Shown here: positions 12,664 to 24,970 of the stretch, piece by piece | Layout of the letters: each line of letters starts with the position of its first letter | Position numbering within the stretch: position 1 is the first letter of the stretch | DNA from: the human T2T-CHM13v2.0 reference genome, Homo sapiens | Length of the DNA: 64,000 bases | NCBI RefSeq assembly: GCF_009914755.1 | Contig: NC_060940.1 | Reading direction: 5' to 3' (one strand) | Notes under the pieces: model-generated | What the model was told of the DNA's origin: nothing | What the model saw: the letters and a program-made list of their open reading frames with translations, nothing else | The model's database searches: none | Position numbers and translations under genes: made by a program

Positions 12664-14590
12664 ACACTAATACATATCTCTGGAGATATGTTGTGAGAAT
12701 AAAGGAAGGCTGAGGTTGTACATGCTTCCATGCCCCTTACTTGGGTGTGGAGGCAGCTATTAGGACTATCGTCCTCAGTTTTCTGGTTCCCATATTCATA
12801 GATCTAGATCTCTTCCACGTCTCTCCTTAACTCTTACTCACAGTGGCCGCCGGCAAACTGCAATGTCCTCCGTTTATTGACATTTCTCATCTGGAATTAA
12901 GATGTAATAAGTGATCTGTGTGGACCAACAGAGAAAAATCTTTTCCTTCCAAGAAGTGGGAACTTACTCTGCAGTACCAGGCAGTATAATTTGGATTAAT
13001 AGAATGATTGAATGGATGGAGCAAAGGAAAAACCAAGCCGGATATCAAGAAGTTTTGCCCCGGTAACAGCTATTAGGGGATTTGGTGACAGGTCCATGTG
13101 TTGAATCAGATGAAACTAGGCTGGAAAAAATACTGGCAATTTGTAATTTCACAGGGGAGTGCCGGGCAGCGGGAGGCATCACGCTCCTATCCCGACAGAG
13201 AAGGGAGCCGGGAAGTAGGCGTGAAGGAAGGCAGCCTGCACATGTGCTTGTTGTTACAACTGCTATTGATTATTGCAACTAAGCTGGGTCACTTTATCCT
13301 GGTAAATCTCAGGATAATGCAATTATAGAAGATAATCTGGAATCGGGCACTGTAAAAAAAAAATTCATTCATTTAAAAGAGAAGCTTAAAAATAACCTGA
13401 AAGGCACAAGATCTTATTTTCACATCAGCTAAGGTTTCATTTTCCAGCATATGGCCCTCCCCACCCCCAACTCTCTTTTCCCAGACAAATTAAGTGCTTC
13501 ATGTAGGTGCAAAATGCAAAGTGTGCTAAATCGTGCCTCCGTTTAAGTCTTGCACATGGGCCCACTTTAGTCTTCAATTAATTTTTTATTTTTCATGAAT
13601 CGTTGTTTTCGAGTGTTCCAGAAATTTTGTGTTTCTGGAATTTTCTTTTACCCTTCCATTTTAGAGCTTTCCAGTAAGATAAGAAAGTTAGAGTCTGTTT
13701 GGGGAATATCAAGGGATGATGTCAATTAAAAAGAAAAAACAGAAAAGCAGAGAATAAAAACCCTGTGTTACCACATCCCCAGGGTCCTAATCCATGTAAA
13801 TGGCCTCCTCATTCCTTTCTTGTTTTGGACACTGTTTGAGAAAATCCCTTAACAGTGCATTCTGCTGCTTGCAGTACTTTTTTGTGGCTCAGGATTAACT
13901 GTTTTAGTGCAAAAGGACGGGAGATGGGCCACCTCCTTGGGGCTCTGCTACACACCCAGCTATCGCAGTGGCTGAAACCCAGCCCCACGGGTCAGAAGAG
14001 CTACGGAAAAACAGCATAGAACTCAAAGACTTAGGCTGATGGGCTCATTACAACAAATGGAGATTCTTGTTCACCAGGTTAAGTGCCGTGTAGCCAAAGG
14101 GAAACTGAGTCAAGGAATGTTAATTACTTCTGGTACTGTCGCGTTTAGCCATGGATTAACCCTTATCAGCAAGTGGCTTCTTAAGTCTAATTCTCCCCGG
14201 AGAGGAGGCTCAGCATGTGCCCCTTCGCTGAAGTCACCCCTCTCTTCTCAGGATTGCCCGAGTAGGAAAAATCCCCTCGTAATCCTCCCATCTCATTTTA
14301 GTTAATTTCCACCTCCTGCACAAACCCGTTTCGTCAAAGCTACCAATACGAGACTTAAAAAGCCGGGCTTCGCTTCATCCTCCTGCCCTTGCCCAGATTT
14401 TTGCAGAGATAAGAAAGACCACCAAAGGGCCACCCTGCAGTCTACACAGTTGTGGGGAAGGGGACAGAGCTTTCCTAGTAAAATGGATATTTTCTCACTT
14501 TTTCTTCCAGGCTACATAGAAATACCATTCTATCCCCATCACGGTGCCTTTGACACATGCATTGTGTATTGGCAATAAATGCCAACGGCA

Positions 14591-14763
14591 TTTTGTTTTT
14601 GTTTTTGTTTTTTTTTTGAGACGGAGTCTCGCTCTGTCACCCCGGCTGGAGTGCAGTGGCGTGCTCTCGGCTCCCTGCAAGCTCCGCCTCCCGGATTCAC
14701 GCCATTCTCCTGCCTCAGCCTCCCGAGAAGCTGGGACTACTGGCACCTGCCACCACGCCCGGC

Positions 14764-14802
<39 letters not shown>

Positions 14803-14921
14803 CAGTAGAGACGGGGTTTCACCGTGTTAGCCAGGGTGGTCTTGATCTCCTGACCTCGTGATCTGCCCGCCTAGGCCTCCCAAAGCGCTGGGATTACAGG
14901 CGTGAGCCACCGCGCCCGGCC
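14591..14921 (-). mobile_element. AluY with expanded internal poly(T) linker
   Basis: CpG-rich, with Y diagnostics (gcaagctccgcctcccgg..ttcacgccattc). 36 consecutive T at 14767-14802. Confidence 0.95.
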
Positions 14922-16824
14922 AATGGCTTCCTGTTGTAATAGCTGAGGTGGCCAAACGACAGAGGGAAAGGGGGTCACCACATTGCGTGCGGGCCCTTAT
15001 GGTCGCCCTGGGGAAGCTGCCTATGCTCCCTGGACCTCAGCGTATGAGCGGGGGAGCAAGACCCCTTTCACGGGGCTAATTCAGGCTCGAGGCCTCCCTT
15101 GGCATCCTCCACTGAACAATACTCTAGGTGTTCAGTAGCTGGCGCTGAGATTGCAAGGCGCCCGAAGGAGACCCTGGAGCACGGAGGATTGCTGCGGGAT
15201 CTGGCAGTCCCCTTGACGCTACAGCTCTTTTTCTCTCTCTGCTTTCTTTCCCAGACTGACAGGGAGAGTGGATTCTGCAGAAATAACCAGGAAGGGCCTG
15301 TGAGTCTGGGGAGCGGCCACACCAAGCCTGCTTTCGGTGGGGATTAACAGGGAGGGAGAAGGAGGCGTGTGGCTGCTTGAAGTCACGGAGGACTCAGAGG
15401 AGGACTGGGAAGGAGCTGCGCAGATAACGCTCCCGAGATCAACTCCTGGTGGTCGGGGCTGGAACTGCAGCCAGAACCCAGAACTAGGGGGAGCCTGTCA
15501 GGGAGGGCAGGGAGCCCCCCACCCGGGAGAGAAGGGGCACTCTCCTTCCACTGGGCTTTTACTAATGCATTGGTCTCCATTTGAATTTCCTCATGTAAGC
15601 AAGTGAACAAGATAAAAATTCAAAACACCTGGTGGTTTCAAACTTACTCATTTTTTTAAAACAATGCTACTAATAAAGATGATGGCAGGAACGATGGAGT
15701 CCAGATGAACCGCAGCAGCCAGTTCAAGTGACACATTCGCATCCCTTTCTTCTCTTTGGGGAAAAGGAAAGGCATCAGCAGTTTCAAGTCATTTAATACA
15801 GATTTCCATCATTGTTATCCTAAGCAGAATCACTGTTATCGCTGTAATAACATTTGCCTGGCATCCCCGCAAGCTGGGTGCCGTGCATCTGGTGGCCACA
15901 TTGTCTGCACCAGAAGCCTGCAGAGTCGCCGGCTTTGACAAGGAGGGGGTGCTCTGTGGGGCGAGTGGGTGCGGTCAGGGAAGACCGGCGGCTTCTGTCC
16001 CGAGGGATGGATTCCATTAGGCGGCGTTTCTCAGGGTGTCTCCGAGGCTGGTTGCATCACAATCGTGAATACCTGCTAATTACATCAGAACGAAAAGAGA
16101 CTTGCATTTTTTAAGGCAAATTTTGCAGATTCTTCTTATCCACGTGGAAGCCTGAGTGTCCTTGCTTTGAGCCAACACAGTATCTGCTGCACTAACATGG
16201 AAAATCAGAATGAGGAAGGCAACCAGGACAAGGTGCTCACGGGGCTGCCCGGAGGCTTTTTTTGTTTTGTTTTGTTTTTTTCCTTTTTCTGCTCTTCTAT
16301 GGGGAACAGAACAAAAAGTAGGTCATGAAGAAGCAGGAGAACAGGGAGAAGCACAAGATGAGAGGTGTGAGGGAGGAGGGGAGACGCCTGCACAAGGCTC
16401 ATCTAGATAGAACCAGAGGAGGGTGTTGCTGGCCGTGCTCATGACCCGGAGGGGGCCCTGCGGTGTGTGTGGGGAGGGGGTGCTGAGAGTGGACGCCCAG
16501 AGGATATGGCGGGAATGGGACAGCTGCTTGTATTCACCATGTGCCCATGGATCACAGCGTTTCTGTCTTGGAGATGAAAGTTTTCTATGCTGGGAGGTGA
16601 GGGGGCTCTCAGGTCCTCAATGTGGTGGTTCCGGATTCATGGTCTTTTTGGAGGGGTTAGGAACCCCTCTGAGAATCTAGCACAATCTACGAGCATGCAG
16701 AAATGCCTGTGTATATTCACATTCCAGTCCATTTCAGAGGCTCACTGGATCCCTGAAACCCACTGCCTAGTTACTCCAGGTTGAGAACCCCAGCTCCAGC
16801 TCAAACCCCTATTTCACAAGGGAG

Positions 16825-17010
16825 GCAGGATAGCTTTGTGGTGAATAACACGGGTCTGGAGTTGAATTACCTGGTTCCGATCCCAGCTTTGTCACCCACT
16901 TGGGCCAGTTACTTCACATCCCTGTGCCTCAGTTTCTTCATCTGTAAAAATGGATTAATGCTCATGTCTACTTCACGAAGTTATGATGGGCACAGTTCTG
17001 TATGACATAG
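16825..17010 (+). mobile_element. MIR
   Basis: cctggttccgatcccagct...ctgtgcctcagtttcttcatctgtaaaaatgg. Confidence 0.8.
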
Positions 17011-17221
17011 CCAAAGGAGGGGTTTTGTGCAGACAGGGAGGAAGGACTATTCATATTCAGCAATTATGATTGCTGCTGTCATTGTTATTACTATTGACAA
17101 GCAAACCTAAGCCAGGGAGGAAAGATAATTGGTCCAGGTCACAGAGGGTCCAGAGTGTCCCATGGTGGCCCCCACTTTGGGGCTTTTCTCAGGCTCCCCC
17201 CACCTTGTTCTCTGCCATCTC

Positions 17222-17526
17222 TTTTTTTTTTTTTTTGAGATGGAGTCTCACTCTTGTCCCCCAGGCTGGAGTGCAGTGGCGTGATCTCGGCTCACTACAA
17301 GCTCCACCTCACAGGTTCATGCCATTCTCCTGCCTCAGCCTCCTGAGTAGCTGGGACTACAGGCACCCGCCACCACGCCCGGCTAATTATTATTATTATT
17401 GTATTTTTAGTAGAGACGGGGTTTTACTGTGTTAGCCAGGATGGTCTCGATCTCCTGACCTCGTGATCCACCCGCCTCAGCCTCCCAAAGTGCTGGGATT
17501 ACAGGCATAAGCCATCAGGCCCGGCC
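17222..17526 (-). mobile_element. AluY-like
   Basis: Reverse dimer with tgttagccaggatggtctcgatctcctgacctcgtgatcc and an (ATT)n linker. Confidence 0.93.
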
Positions 17527-17549
17527 CATCTCCTCTTCATCATGGGGCA

Positions 17550-17563
17550 CCCCTAGAGGGCAG
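17550..17563 (+). promoter_or_regulatory. Candidate CTCF core motif CCCCTAGAGGGCAG
   Basis: 13/14 match to CCASYAGRKGGCRS. Motif match only, no occupancy evidence. Confidence 0.35.
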
Positions 17564-18714
17564 GACTCCTTCCAGGCTGAGAGGAGGGATTGGAATACTT
17601 TGCTTTCACATCTGGGCTCCCTACATACCCTTCTCCAGAAGAGGTGTCCACGGCTCCCAGCAAGAAGAGGACATTTCAGTGTTCTTTCCGCTCCAACTCC
17701 CACGGAAGCTGGAGCTCCAAATGCAGCCAGCACAAACTATCTCAAATCACAAGGGTCCATTGGAATAAGCTTGTGGCCGTTAGCTCAGGAAAATGGAAAC
17801 CAGTGAAGCCTTGCTTCTTCTGATCCCCACAGACCCCCTCCAGTTGAATGGGAGGTCACTGAGCTTGCATCATTTTCTCAGCATCCAAAGTTTTCCTCTG
17901 TTCACCCCAGCACCCCATTCAGTATTCTCAGTCAGTGTTTGTGGGGGTTGTAGCTAAAAGTTCCAGTGTGGAGCCGCAGTCACAGCCTGCAAGCACATCT
18001 CCATGACAGGCAATTTTGATTTCAGTTGAACAGAAGCAAGCTTCAAGTTCCAAAGAAAGCCAAGTTGCGTGAGCAAAATGCTTACAAGATTCCCGAGTTC
18101 ACACATCGCCTTGAGATTGTCCCAGAAGCCTTCCTGAGAGGTAGTGGCCGCCTGGGCAGTCTGCTTGGTGATTGGGAATGATGATGAAAGCCTGGCCAGT
18201 GTGTTGGGCGGGCTTCAAGTGAACACATATTATTGGCTGATTACAGGATCGGACGGTTTAAAAATGTACCACGTCGTGTTCTTCATGTTCTTCACCGGCC
18301 GTGGGTGGAAAGATGTGGATGAAATGAGAAGCAGCTTGAATGCATCTCTAAAAGATGCCAGGTGGGCTTTGTGATGTTAATTCCCACCCCCGTTTCTGGG
18401 CAGGTAAATTTTAGCAGACATAAGGGGCAAAGCTTATTACCTTCCATATTCATAAGTTTTTCTATCTGGAATAAACCAGGAAGTAGTGGAAAATGTGCAA
18501 GAAATCTCTCCAGATGTGTTTCTAGAGCAAAGAGGTTGGAACCAAGAGATCTTGAACCACTGACTAACCTCGGATAACTTCTGAGGTTAACCCACCCATC
18601 CAGTGAAGATGCAGGTTGGTACCTGGTCTTTGGCTAGCTGTATCTGAGGGTGCATCTAGGAAGGGCTAGTTAAAAATGGACTCCCTCGGTTTGTGTTTTA
18701 TTCTAGATCAGTTA

Positions 18715-18975
18715 TGGCTTGCATGGGCTCCAGAGTGTGAGATCTGGAGCCAGGCTGCGTGGGTATGAGTTCTGTTTCCCGCTTCCTTGCTGTGTGTCCC
18801 TGGGGAAGTCAGCTAACCTCTCTGTGTTTTGTTTCATCATATGTAAAGCAGGGATGGTAAAGCTACTGTATCACGTGACATTGAAGATGGGGTCAGTGCA
18901 TGTAAAGTGCTTTGTACAGTGCCAGGCACAGGGTATAAGTGCCCTTTAGGGACATGTTATTATCATTACTGCTAC
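18715..18975 (+). mobile_element. MIR
   Basis: gctgtgtgtccctggggaagtcagctaacctctctgtg...tgtaaagtgctttgtacagtgccaggcaca. Confidence 0.8.
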
Positions 18976-19204
18976 GATAATGCTTCAGACAGTACCCATT
19001 AGTCAGCAATGTCAGAGGGCTATATTGGGTGATTCCAGCTTCTTCTTTGGGAAATAGAAAGAGCTTGAAAGGAAGCTGGCAAAACCAGGAAGAGAAATGG
19101 GTGTCCCTATTTTTGAGAAAATGTCACTAGTCTTTCTGAGCCCATTTGCTCCATCTGTGAAACTGAAGGCATCTAATTAAATTAGGTCTTTAACATTTAA
19201 AAAT

Positions 19205-19580
19205 TTTCTTTCTTTCTCTTTCTTTCCTTCTTTCTTTCTTTCCTTCTTTTTTGACATTTAAAACATTTCTTTCTTTTTATCTCTTTCTCTCATTTTTTTT
19301 CTCTTTCTCTATCTATCTTTCTTTATTTTTAGAGACAAGGTCTCACTCTGTCACCCAGCACCCAGGCTGGAGTGCACAGTGGTGCAATTATAGCTCACTG
19401 CAGCCCCAGACTCCCGGGCTCAAGCAATCCTCCCACCTCAGCTTCCTAAGTAGCTAGGACTACAGCCGCATACCTTCATGCCCAGCTATTTTTTAAATTT
19501 TTTGTAGAGATGGGGTCTCAGTATGTTGCCCAGGCTGGTCCTGAACTCCTGACTTCGAACAATCCTCCCACCTCAGCTTC
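19205..19580 (-). mobile_element. AluJ, 5'-truncated, with long (CTTT)n-type tail
   Basis: J diagnostics and a ~125-bp pyrimidine tract at the tail. Confidence 0.9.
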
Positions 19581-19759
19581 GAAAAGTACAGGGTCATTGA
19601 GTTTTTGAAAGGGCCAGGAATTAACCAAGGACTCTGTCTACCTGAAATGTGTTCTTCAAGCAAATCTCTGGGGCCTTTCCTAGACCTGGTAGTCCATCGC
19701 TGCCGTCCTCTTATGACTTTGGAGTTGAGCTCTGCCAGTCCTTTGGAGTGCTGGTGCTT

Positions 19760-20100
19760 GTCTTGTTCGGGGCCCTCAGAAGCAACCTTGATACAAGGAT
19801 TCTGGCACAAATCATTAATTTAGGAGGTGATCCCAGGAAACACCAACAGGGGAGTGGACAAGTAAGGACATGACCCAGGGAAGGGGAGGACCCTCTGTGA
19901 GGGGGACGTCATTAGGTCAGTGTTAAGCAATAGGAAACCATACAGCACAGACCTTGGAATTATCCCACCCAAGGAGAGGGAGCTGGGGTATTTATACACC
20001 AGCTGTCACCTGACATTGGTTCAAAACTACCCTGAGGGTAGGGATGCCCTGGCACTCCAGGGGCTTTAGATAGCCCTCAGCCAGTGGGTTTCAGGTGCTG
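19760..20100. mobile_element. Old ERVL-class LTR relic (LTR16/LTR33-like)
   Basis: ccttgatacaaggattc...aggaggtgatcccaggaaacac...ggagctggggtatttatacacc. Confidence 0.55.
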
Positions 20101-20711
20101 GGTCTGGATGTGGTTAGGGTGAAGGCAGTACCTGACAGCAACTGCATTTGCTGTAAGACCTTTCAGGAAAATAGTTCTGCCTTTCCAGGGTGTCTTGACT
20201 TCCTCCTTCGTTTTGATTTCTTTGGTGTTTACATTCCCAGTGTGTAATGATTCTGCCTTTGTGTTTTCTACTTGTTTTACTAGGTGTGTCTTGTGCCCTG
20301 TCTGCATATGAAGTTCTTTGAAGGCAGAAACATGGTTTTTGCTGTGCTCAGATAACAGAGCACAAACTATAAACATAGATGTGTTCAGGTGTTTCCTCTA
20401 CCCCCTAGGGCCACTACAGAATATTCTGGAATGGCCAACCTCTTCTCTGCCTCCTTCCTCTTCCTCAAGGAATGTCTTTTCAGCTAATAAGGAAGCAGAT
20501 GTATGGCATAACAAAGGAATGAGGGGGCTGGAGATAGAGAAAGGTGACCCAGAGTGGAGTTTCGGAAGCAATTGTAGCCCTCATGCAGTACCCAGGTGTG
20601 AAGGCAGAATGGATGCGGAAAGGTCTTCTGTTGGGGATGGTGTGCCCAGATCCTTTTGTGGTTTTGGAGAAATGTAAGGAAAGGATATGAGAAATTCTAA
20701 AATTTCTTTTG

Positions 20712-21560
20712 ATTTTTTTTTTTTTTCATTCAGGGAGCACATGGGCAGGTTTATTGCATGAGTATATTGTGTGATGATGAGGTTTAGAGTACAGATGGTC
20801 CTGTCACCCAGATAAGTGAGCATAGCACCCAGTAGTTAGTTTTTCAGCTCATGACCCCTCCCTCCTCTCTCTAGCAGTCCTGGATCCTATTGTTGCCATC
20901 TTTATGTTCATGCATATTCAATATTTAGCTCCCACTTATAAGTGAGAAAATGCTGTATTTGATTTTCTGTTCCCTCATTAATTCACTTAGGATAATGGCC
21001 TCCAGCTGCATCCATGTTGCTGCAAAGGACATGATTACGTTCTTTTTTATGGCTGCATAGTATTCCATGGTGTATAGGTACCACATTTTTTCAATCCAAT
21101 CCACCACTGATGGGCACCTATGTTGATTCCACATCTTTGTTACTGTGAATAGAACTGCAGTGAACATGTGAATGCATGCGTCTTTTTGGTAGAATGATTT
21201 TTTTGCCTTTGGGTAGTATATACCCAATGATAGGATTGCTGGGTCAAATGGTGGTTCAGTGTTAAGTTCTTTGAGAAATCTCCAAACTGCTTTCCAGAGT
21301 GGCTGGACTAATTTGCATTCCCACCAACAATGTGTAAGTGTTCCCTTTTCTCCACACCCTCACCAGCATCTGTTATTTCTTGGCTTTTTGGTAATTGCCA
21401 TTCTGACTGGTGTGAGATGGTATCTCATTGTGGTTTTGATTTGCATTTCTCTAATGATTAGTGATGTGGAGTATTTTTTCATATATTTGTTGGCTGCTTG
21501 TATGTCTTCTTTTCAGAAGTGTCTGTTTATATCTTTTGCCCATTTTTAATTGGATTATTT
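20712..21560 (-). mobile_element. L1 3' fragment (L1PB-like): end of ORF2 plus 3' UTR
   Basis: ORF 20925-21227(-) reads ...MFTAVLFTVTKMWNQHRCPSVVDWIEKMWYLYTMEYYAAIKKN...LEAIILSEL...FSLISGS, the L1 ORF2p C-terminus. Poly(T) at about 20713-20726. Confidence 0.95.
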
Positions 21561-21787
21561 GTTCTTTACGCTGTGTATCTTTGAATTGTAACAGTTTTTG
21601 GAAATTGAAACACATAGACTCTGGGCTTATCAGGGTTCCAACTGTATTTCCCAGAAAGCAAAAATATATATGCCACAGGCACCCAGTAAGATTACTGAAT
21701 GAGTTGATGGCTATACACTTTTAGAGCTGAAATATACCTCACAAACCCTCTAGTCTAGGAGTCTCAAACTCAAATGCTTCTGTGAAA

Positions 21788-21919
21788 TGCCCAGATAAAA
21801 CACAGGATGCCCAGTTACGTTTTAATTTCAGATTAAAAATTAATACTTTTAAAATATAAGCATGTTCCAAATACTACACAACACATACTTATACTAAATT
21901 TACTAAATCTGGCAGCCCA
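21788..21919. mobile_element. MER53 MITE, internally deleted
   Basis: ccagataaaacacaggatgcccagtta...aatttcagat...catacttatactaaa...atctggcagccc. Confidence 0.75.
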
Positions 21920-21966
21920 GCTTTCGGACATGTGCCAAACATAGAACTTAAAAGAATGAAATGCAG

Positions 21967-22278
<312 letters not shown>

Positions 22279-22839
22279 AATGAAATGCATCATTAGACAA
22301 CAGAGAGTGGTAGGGAGTGGAGAAGTTTTTAAATCAGTGAGCACATGCCCTAAGTGGGCAAAAACCCATCTTCTGAACCACAGCCATATTTTAAGTAAAG
22401 AATGTGCAGTGCAGATGCAGTGCAGAGAGGAGAAGCAATGAACCAAAGAACGCCTGTGTAGCCAAGGCAGAGGGGAAGCCGCGTTCGGGATTCCTCACCC
22501 CGGCCACCGTCCCTCCCACTGTGTCACTGTGGGAAGCTGTGTGTGCGTCAAAATGTGCAGCCTCAGATGCTGTCCCTCCCACCTTCAAAAGGGCAGTTGA
22601 TGAACGACTCTTCAGGGTAATTGCAATTTCATGGATCAGGAGGTGTAGCCAGTTCACATTTTTTTCCCCCGCAAGATAATTAAGCCATTACCAGACTCTG
22701 AGCCACAGAGGGATTGTCTTGGTCTCCCGTGGCCTCCGGGGCACCCTTCCTTTTCTCCCTGACGCAGCCAGCTGTATGATTTTTCTCCCATTGTTGCCAT
22801 GTGAGGTACTCTTGATAAAGGTATTACAATAGTAACGTT

Positions 22840-22944
22840 GTGTGATGTGGTCCAGCTTCCTGGGCAAGTCATCCCCCATTTTTGTGTCTCAGTTTCCTCA
22901 TCTGCAAGAGAGAATTGAACAGATAATCCCTAAGGTCTCTCTGA
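22840..22944 (+). mobile_element. MIR fragment
   Basis: ctgggcaagtca...tctcagtttcctcatctgcaa. Confidence 0.7.
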
Positions 22945-23029
22945 TCTGTAATGAGGGTGATTAGATGCCTGGTCTCTAATGAAAGTGACCAGATGCCTGG
23001 TCTGTAATGAGAGTGACCGGTTTGCCTGG
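22945..23029 (+). repeat. 3 x ~28-bp tandem repeat
   Basis: tctgtaatgagggtgattagatgcctgg / tctctaatgaaagtgaccagatgcctgg / tctgtaatgagagtgaccggtttgcctgg. Confidence 0.9.
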
Positions 23030-24124
23030 GGAGCTCCTGATTTATGCCCGTTGCTCAGTAGGGACCTCAACAATGTCCCCCATTACCCTCCAAAGTGTCC
23101 CCATTTGCATGAAAAGTCATGCCCCCCCTCCAGCCAGTGGTGCGTGGAGTCTACTCAGACCTGCTTTTCAGGGTTGATTGTGCCTGGGTTCCGCACTCGA
23201 AACTGGCCATGGTGAGAGTGTTTACACCACAGCCAACAGCAGGCCCCACAGATCAGAACTTCCCCTGTAGAGCTATTGCTCAGCATCCATCAGCACCGCA
23301 CCCACTCTGGCTCTAATGATTGACTGCTTTGCATACATGTCTGGGCCAGCTGCCAGGTTGTCAATGAGCAAACTTTTGACAACAAAGTCCACTAAAAAGA
23401 AATACTTTGGTGACGATCCAGTTGGCACAATAAGTATTTTGGTTATTCCAATGACTGAACCATGAAAATTCCACTCACTCCAGTGTCGGTCCTGGTGCTC
23501 AGTGGTTACAATGAGAACGAAAGCAAGACCCACTGGTTTTGAGTGTGTTTTTCTGTTTCACCATTTGGTATCCTTGAATTGACACAGATACTGGGAAACA
23601 CAAAGTGTTGGCCATAGCAGAGGCTCCCAGCACTCTGGGGGAAAGAAGAGCCTGGAGTTGCTTATTCCTACATCTCCCACTGACCCACTGACTAGCAGGG
23701 TGACTGTCTTTCTTGATCTCAGATGCCCACTTGAAAAAAGAACAGTAAAAATACAGCCCGTACCCATGTGTGAACAGGCTGCTGATGAGGTCTTCCCTCC
23801 TCATGTCTAGGCCTTCGGACTGCAGGCCTTCTCTCCTAGGGGTCTTTTCCCACCCCCACACTCAGGAGCGTGTACAGATGTTCCCTCTTCCTCCAAGAAA
23901 GTGTACCTGAAATATGCCATACGTGTGCCCAGGAGCCACAGCCACAAGCAGGGACATCTCAACCTCAGGACCTCTGCATGGCATCATCAAGGAGCCAGAG
24001 ACCCAGAAAGCCTGGATGCCAAAGGTCACGTGGAGGTGAGTGACCACCAGGAGCAGAAATGAGCGCTCCCGTCTCCCAGGAAGAATGAAATCCGGGTGGC
24101 CTTGTCGCTTGGAATAGTAGAGGC

Positions 24125-24420
24125 CCTTAGAGGTGATAAAGTCAACTCAACTCATTTTACAGATGGGTAAACTGAGGCTGAGAGTGGGGCAGGGCCCCCA
24201 GGGAAGCAGTTCTGCATGGTGGTGAAGAGTAAGGAGCCCTCAGTAGGACTCGGTTCCCCATGAAACCTGCCACTGGTGAGACACCTAGATTTAAACAAGT
24301 ACTTAAGCTCTTGGCTCTCAGTTTGCTCATGTGAGGAGAACACCAGTTTCCACATCTTGGGGGTGGTTGAGAATTAAATGAGACACATTGCCTGTAAATG
24401 GACAGCATGAGATGGTAATG
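24125..24420. mobile_element. Two MIR fragments in opposite orientation
   Basis: Minus core cattttacagatgggtaaactgaggc (~24153) and plus core ctcagtttgctcat...gttgagaattaaatgaga (~24300-24400). Confidence 0.65.
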
Positions 24421-24498
24421 CAGGCTGGGGCGGGACCCCGGGCAATTTGCTCATGGAGAGTTTGACGTTATTAATATATATATATATTTTGCTGTGGC

Positions 24499-24970
24499 TG
24501 TAGTTAGTTGCCTTCTCAAGATCTATTATCCCCCTAGATTCCTAATAGGAATCTGAGCCTTTTAGTCACATGGTTTGTGTGGGCTCAGGGGCAGTTTGGG
24601 ACAATCACATGCTCTGTCTTCTTTGACGCTGTTATGGATTTAAGAATGAGGTTGCTACATAAATTAGTGAAATCGGAGCGGATCTCAGGACTTTCACTAG
24701 ATGTGATGGGAAGACCCCCTCTCTTCTGCTGTAGGTAAACAGGAAGCATAGAACCCCAGGTGCTGTCAGGAGCTACCTGACAACCACATGGGAAATCATT
24801 CCGAAGGTGAAACTGCCACAGAGAGCGAGAGACACAGCCCCGGTGACTTTATCAATCTCTGGAACAAACTAGCCTGAAGCCCTTCCTATCTCTTGACTTT
24901 ACAGGTACGTGGACAGGTAAATCCCCTTTATTGTTTAAACCAGTTTGTATATCTGCTACTTGCACCCTAA
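24499..24970 (+). mobile_element. Old MaLR LTR (MLT1J/K/L-like)
   Basis: 3' end gcctgaagcc...tccccttta ttgtttaaaccagtttg...ctgctacttgca is typical of old MLT1. Confidence 0.6.

Larger units (their letters stand above)
11920..12710 (+). mobile_element. MIR split by MADE1 and Alu insertions
   Basis: 5' part gctgtgtgaccctgggcaagttacttaccctctctgggcctcagtt...atctgtaa (11920-11986). The MIR resumes as ...gttgtgagaataaa near 12676-12710. Confidence 0.7.

Noticed and set aside
20925-21549. 100-aa and 96-aa ORFs as genes
   Set aside because: They are the L1 ORF2 C-terminal remnant and its antisense frame in a truncated L1.
21788-21919. miR-1302-type MER53 hairpin
   Set aside because: Most of the right arm of this MER53 is deleted, so the long palindrome is lost.
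22945-23029. CRISPR-like array (also considered for 4166-4241 and 27960-28169)
   Set aside because: The repeats are head-to-tail without unique spacers, the context is eukaryotic, and there are no cas genes.
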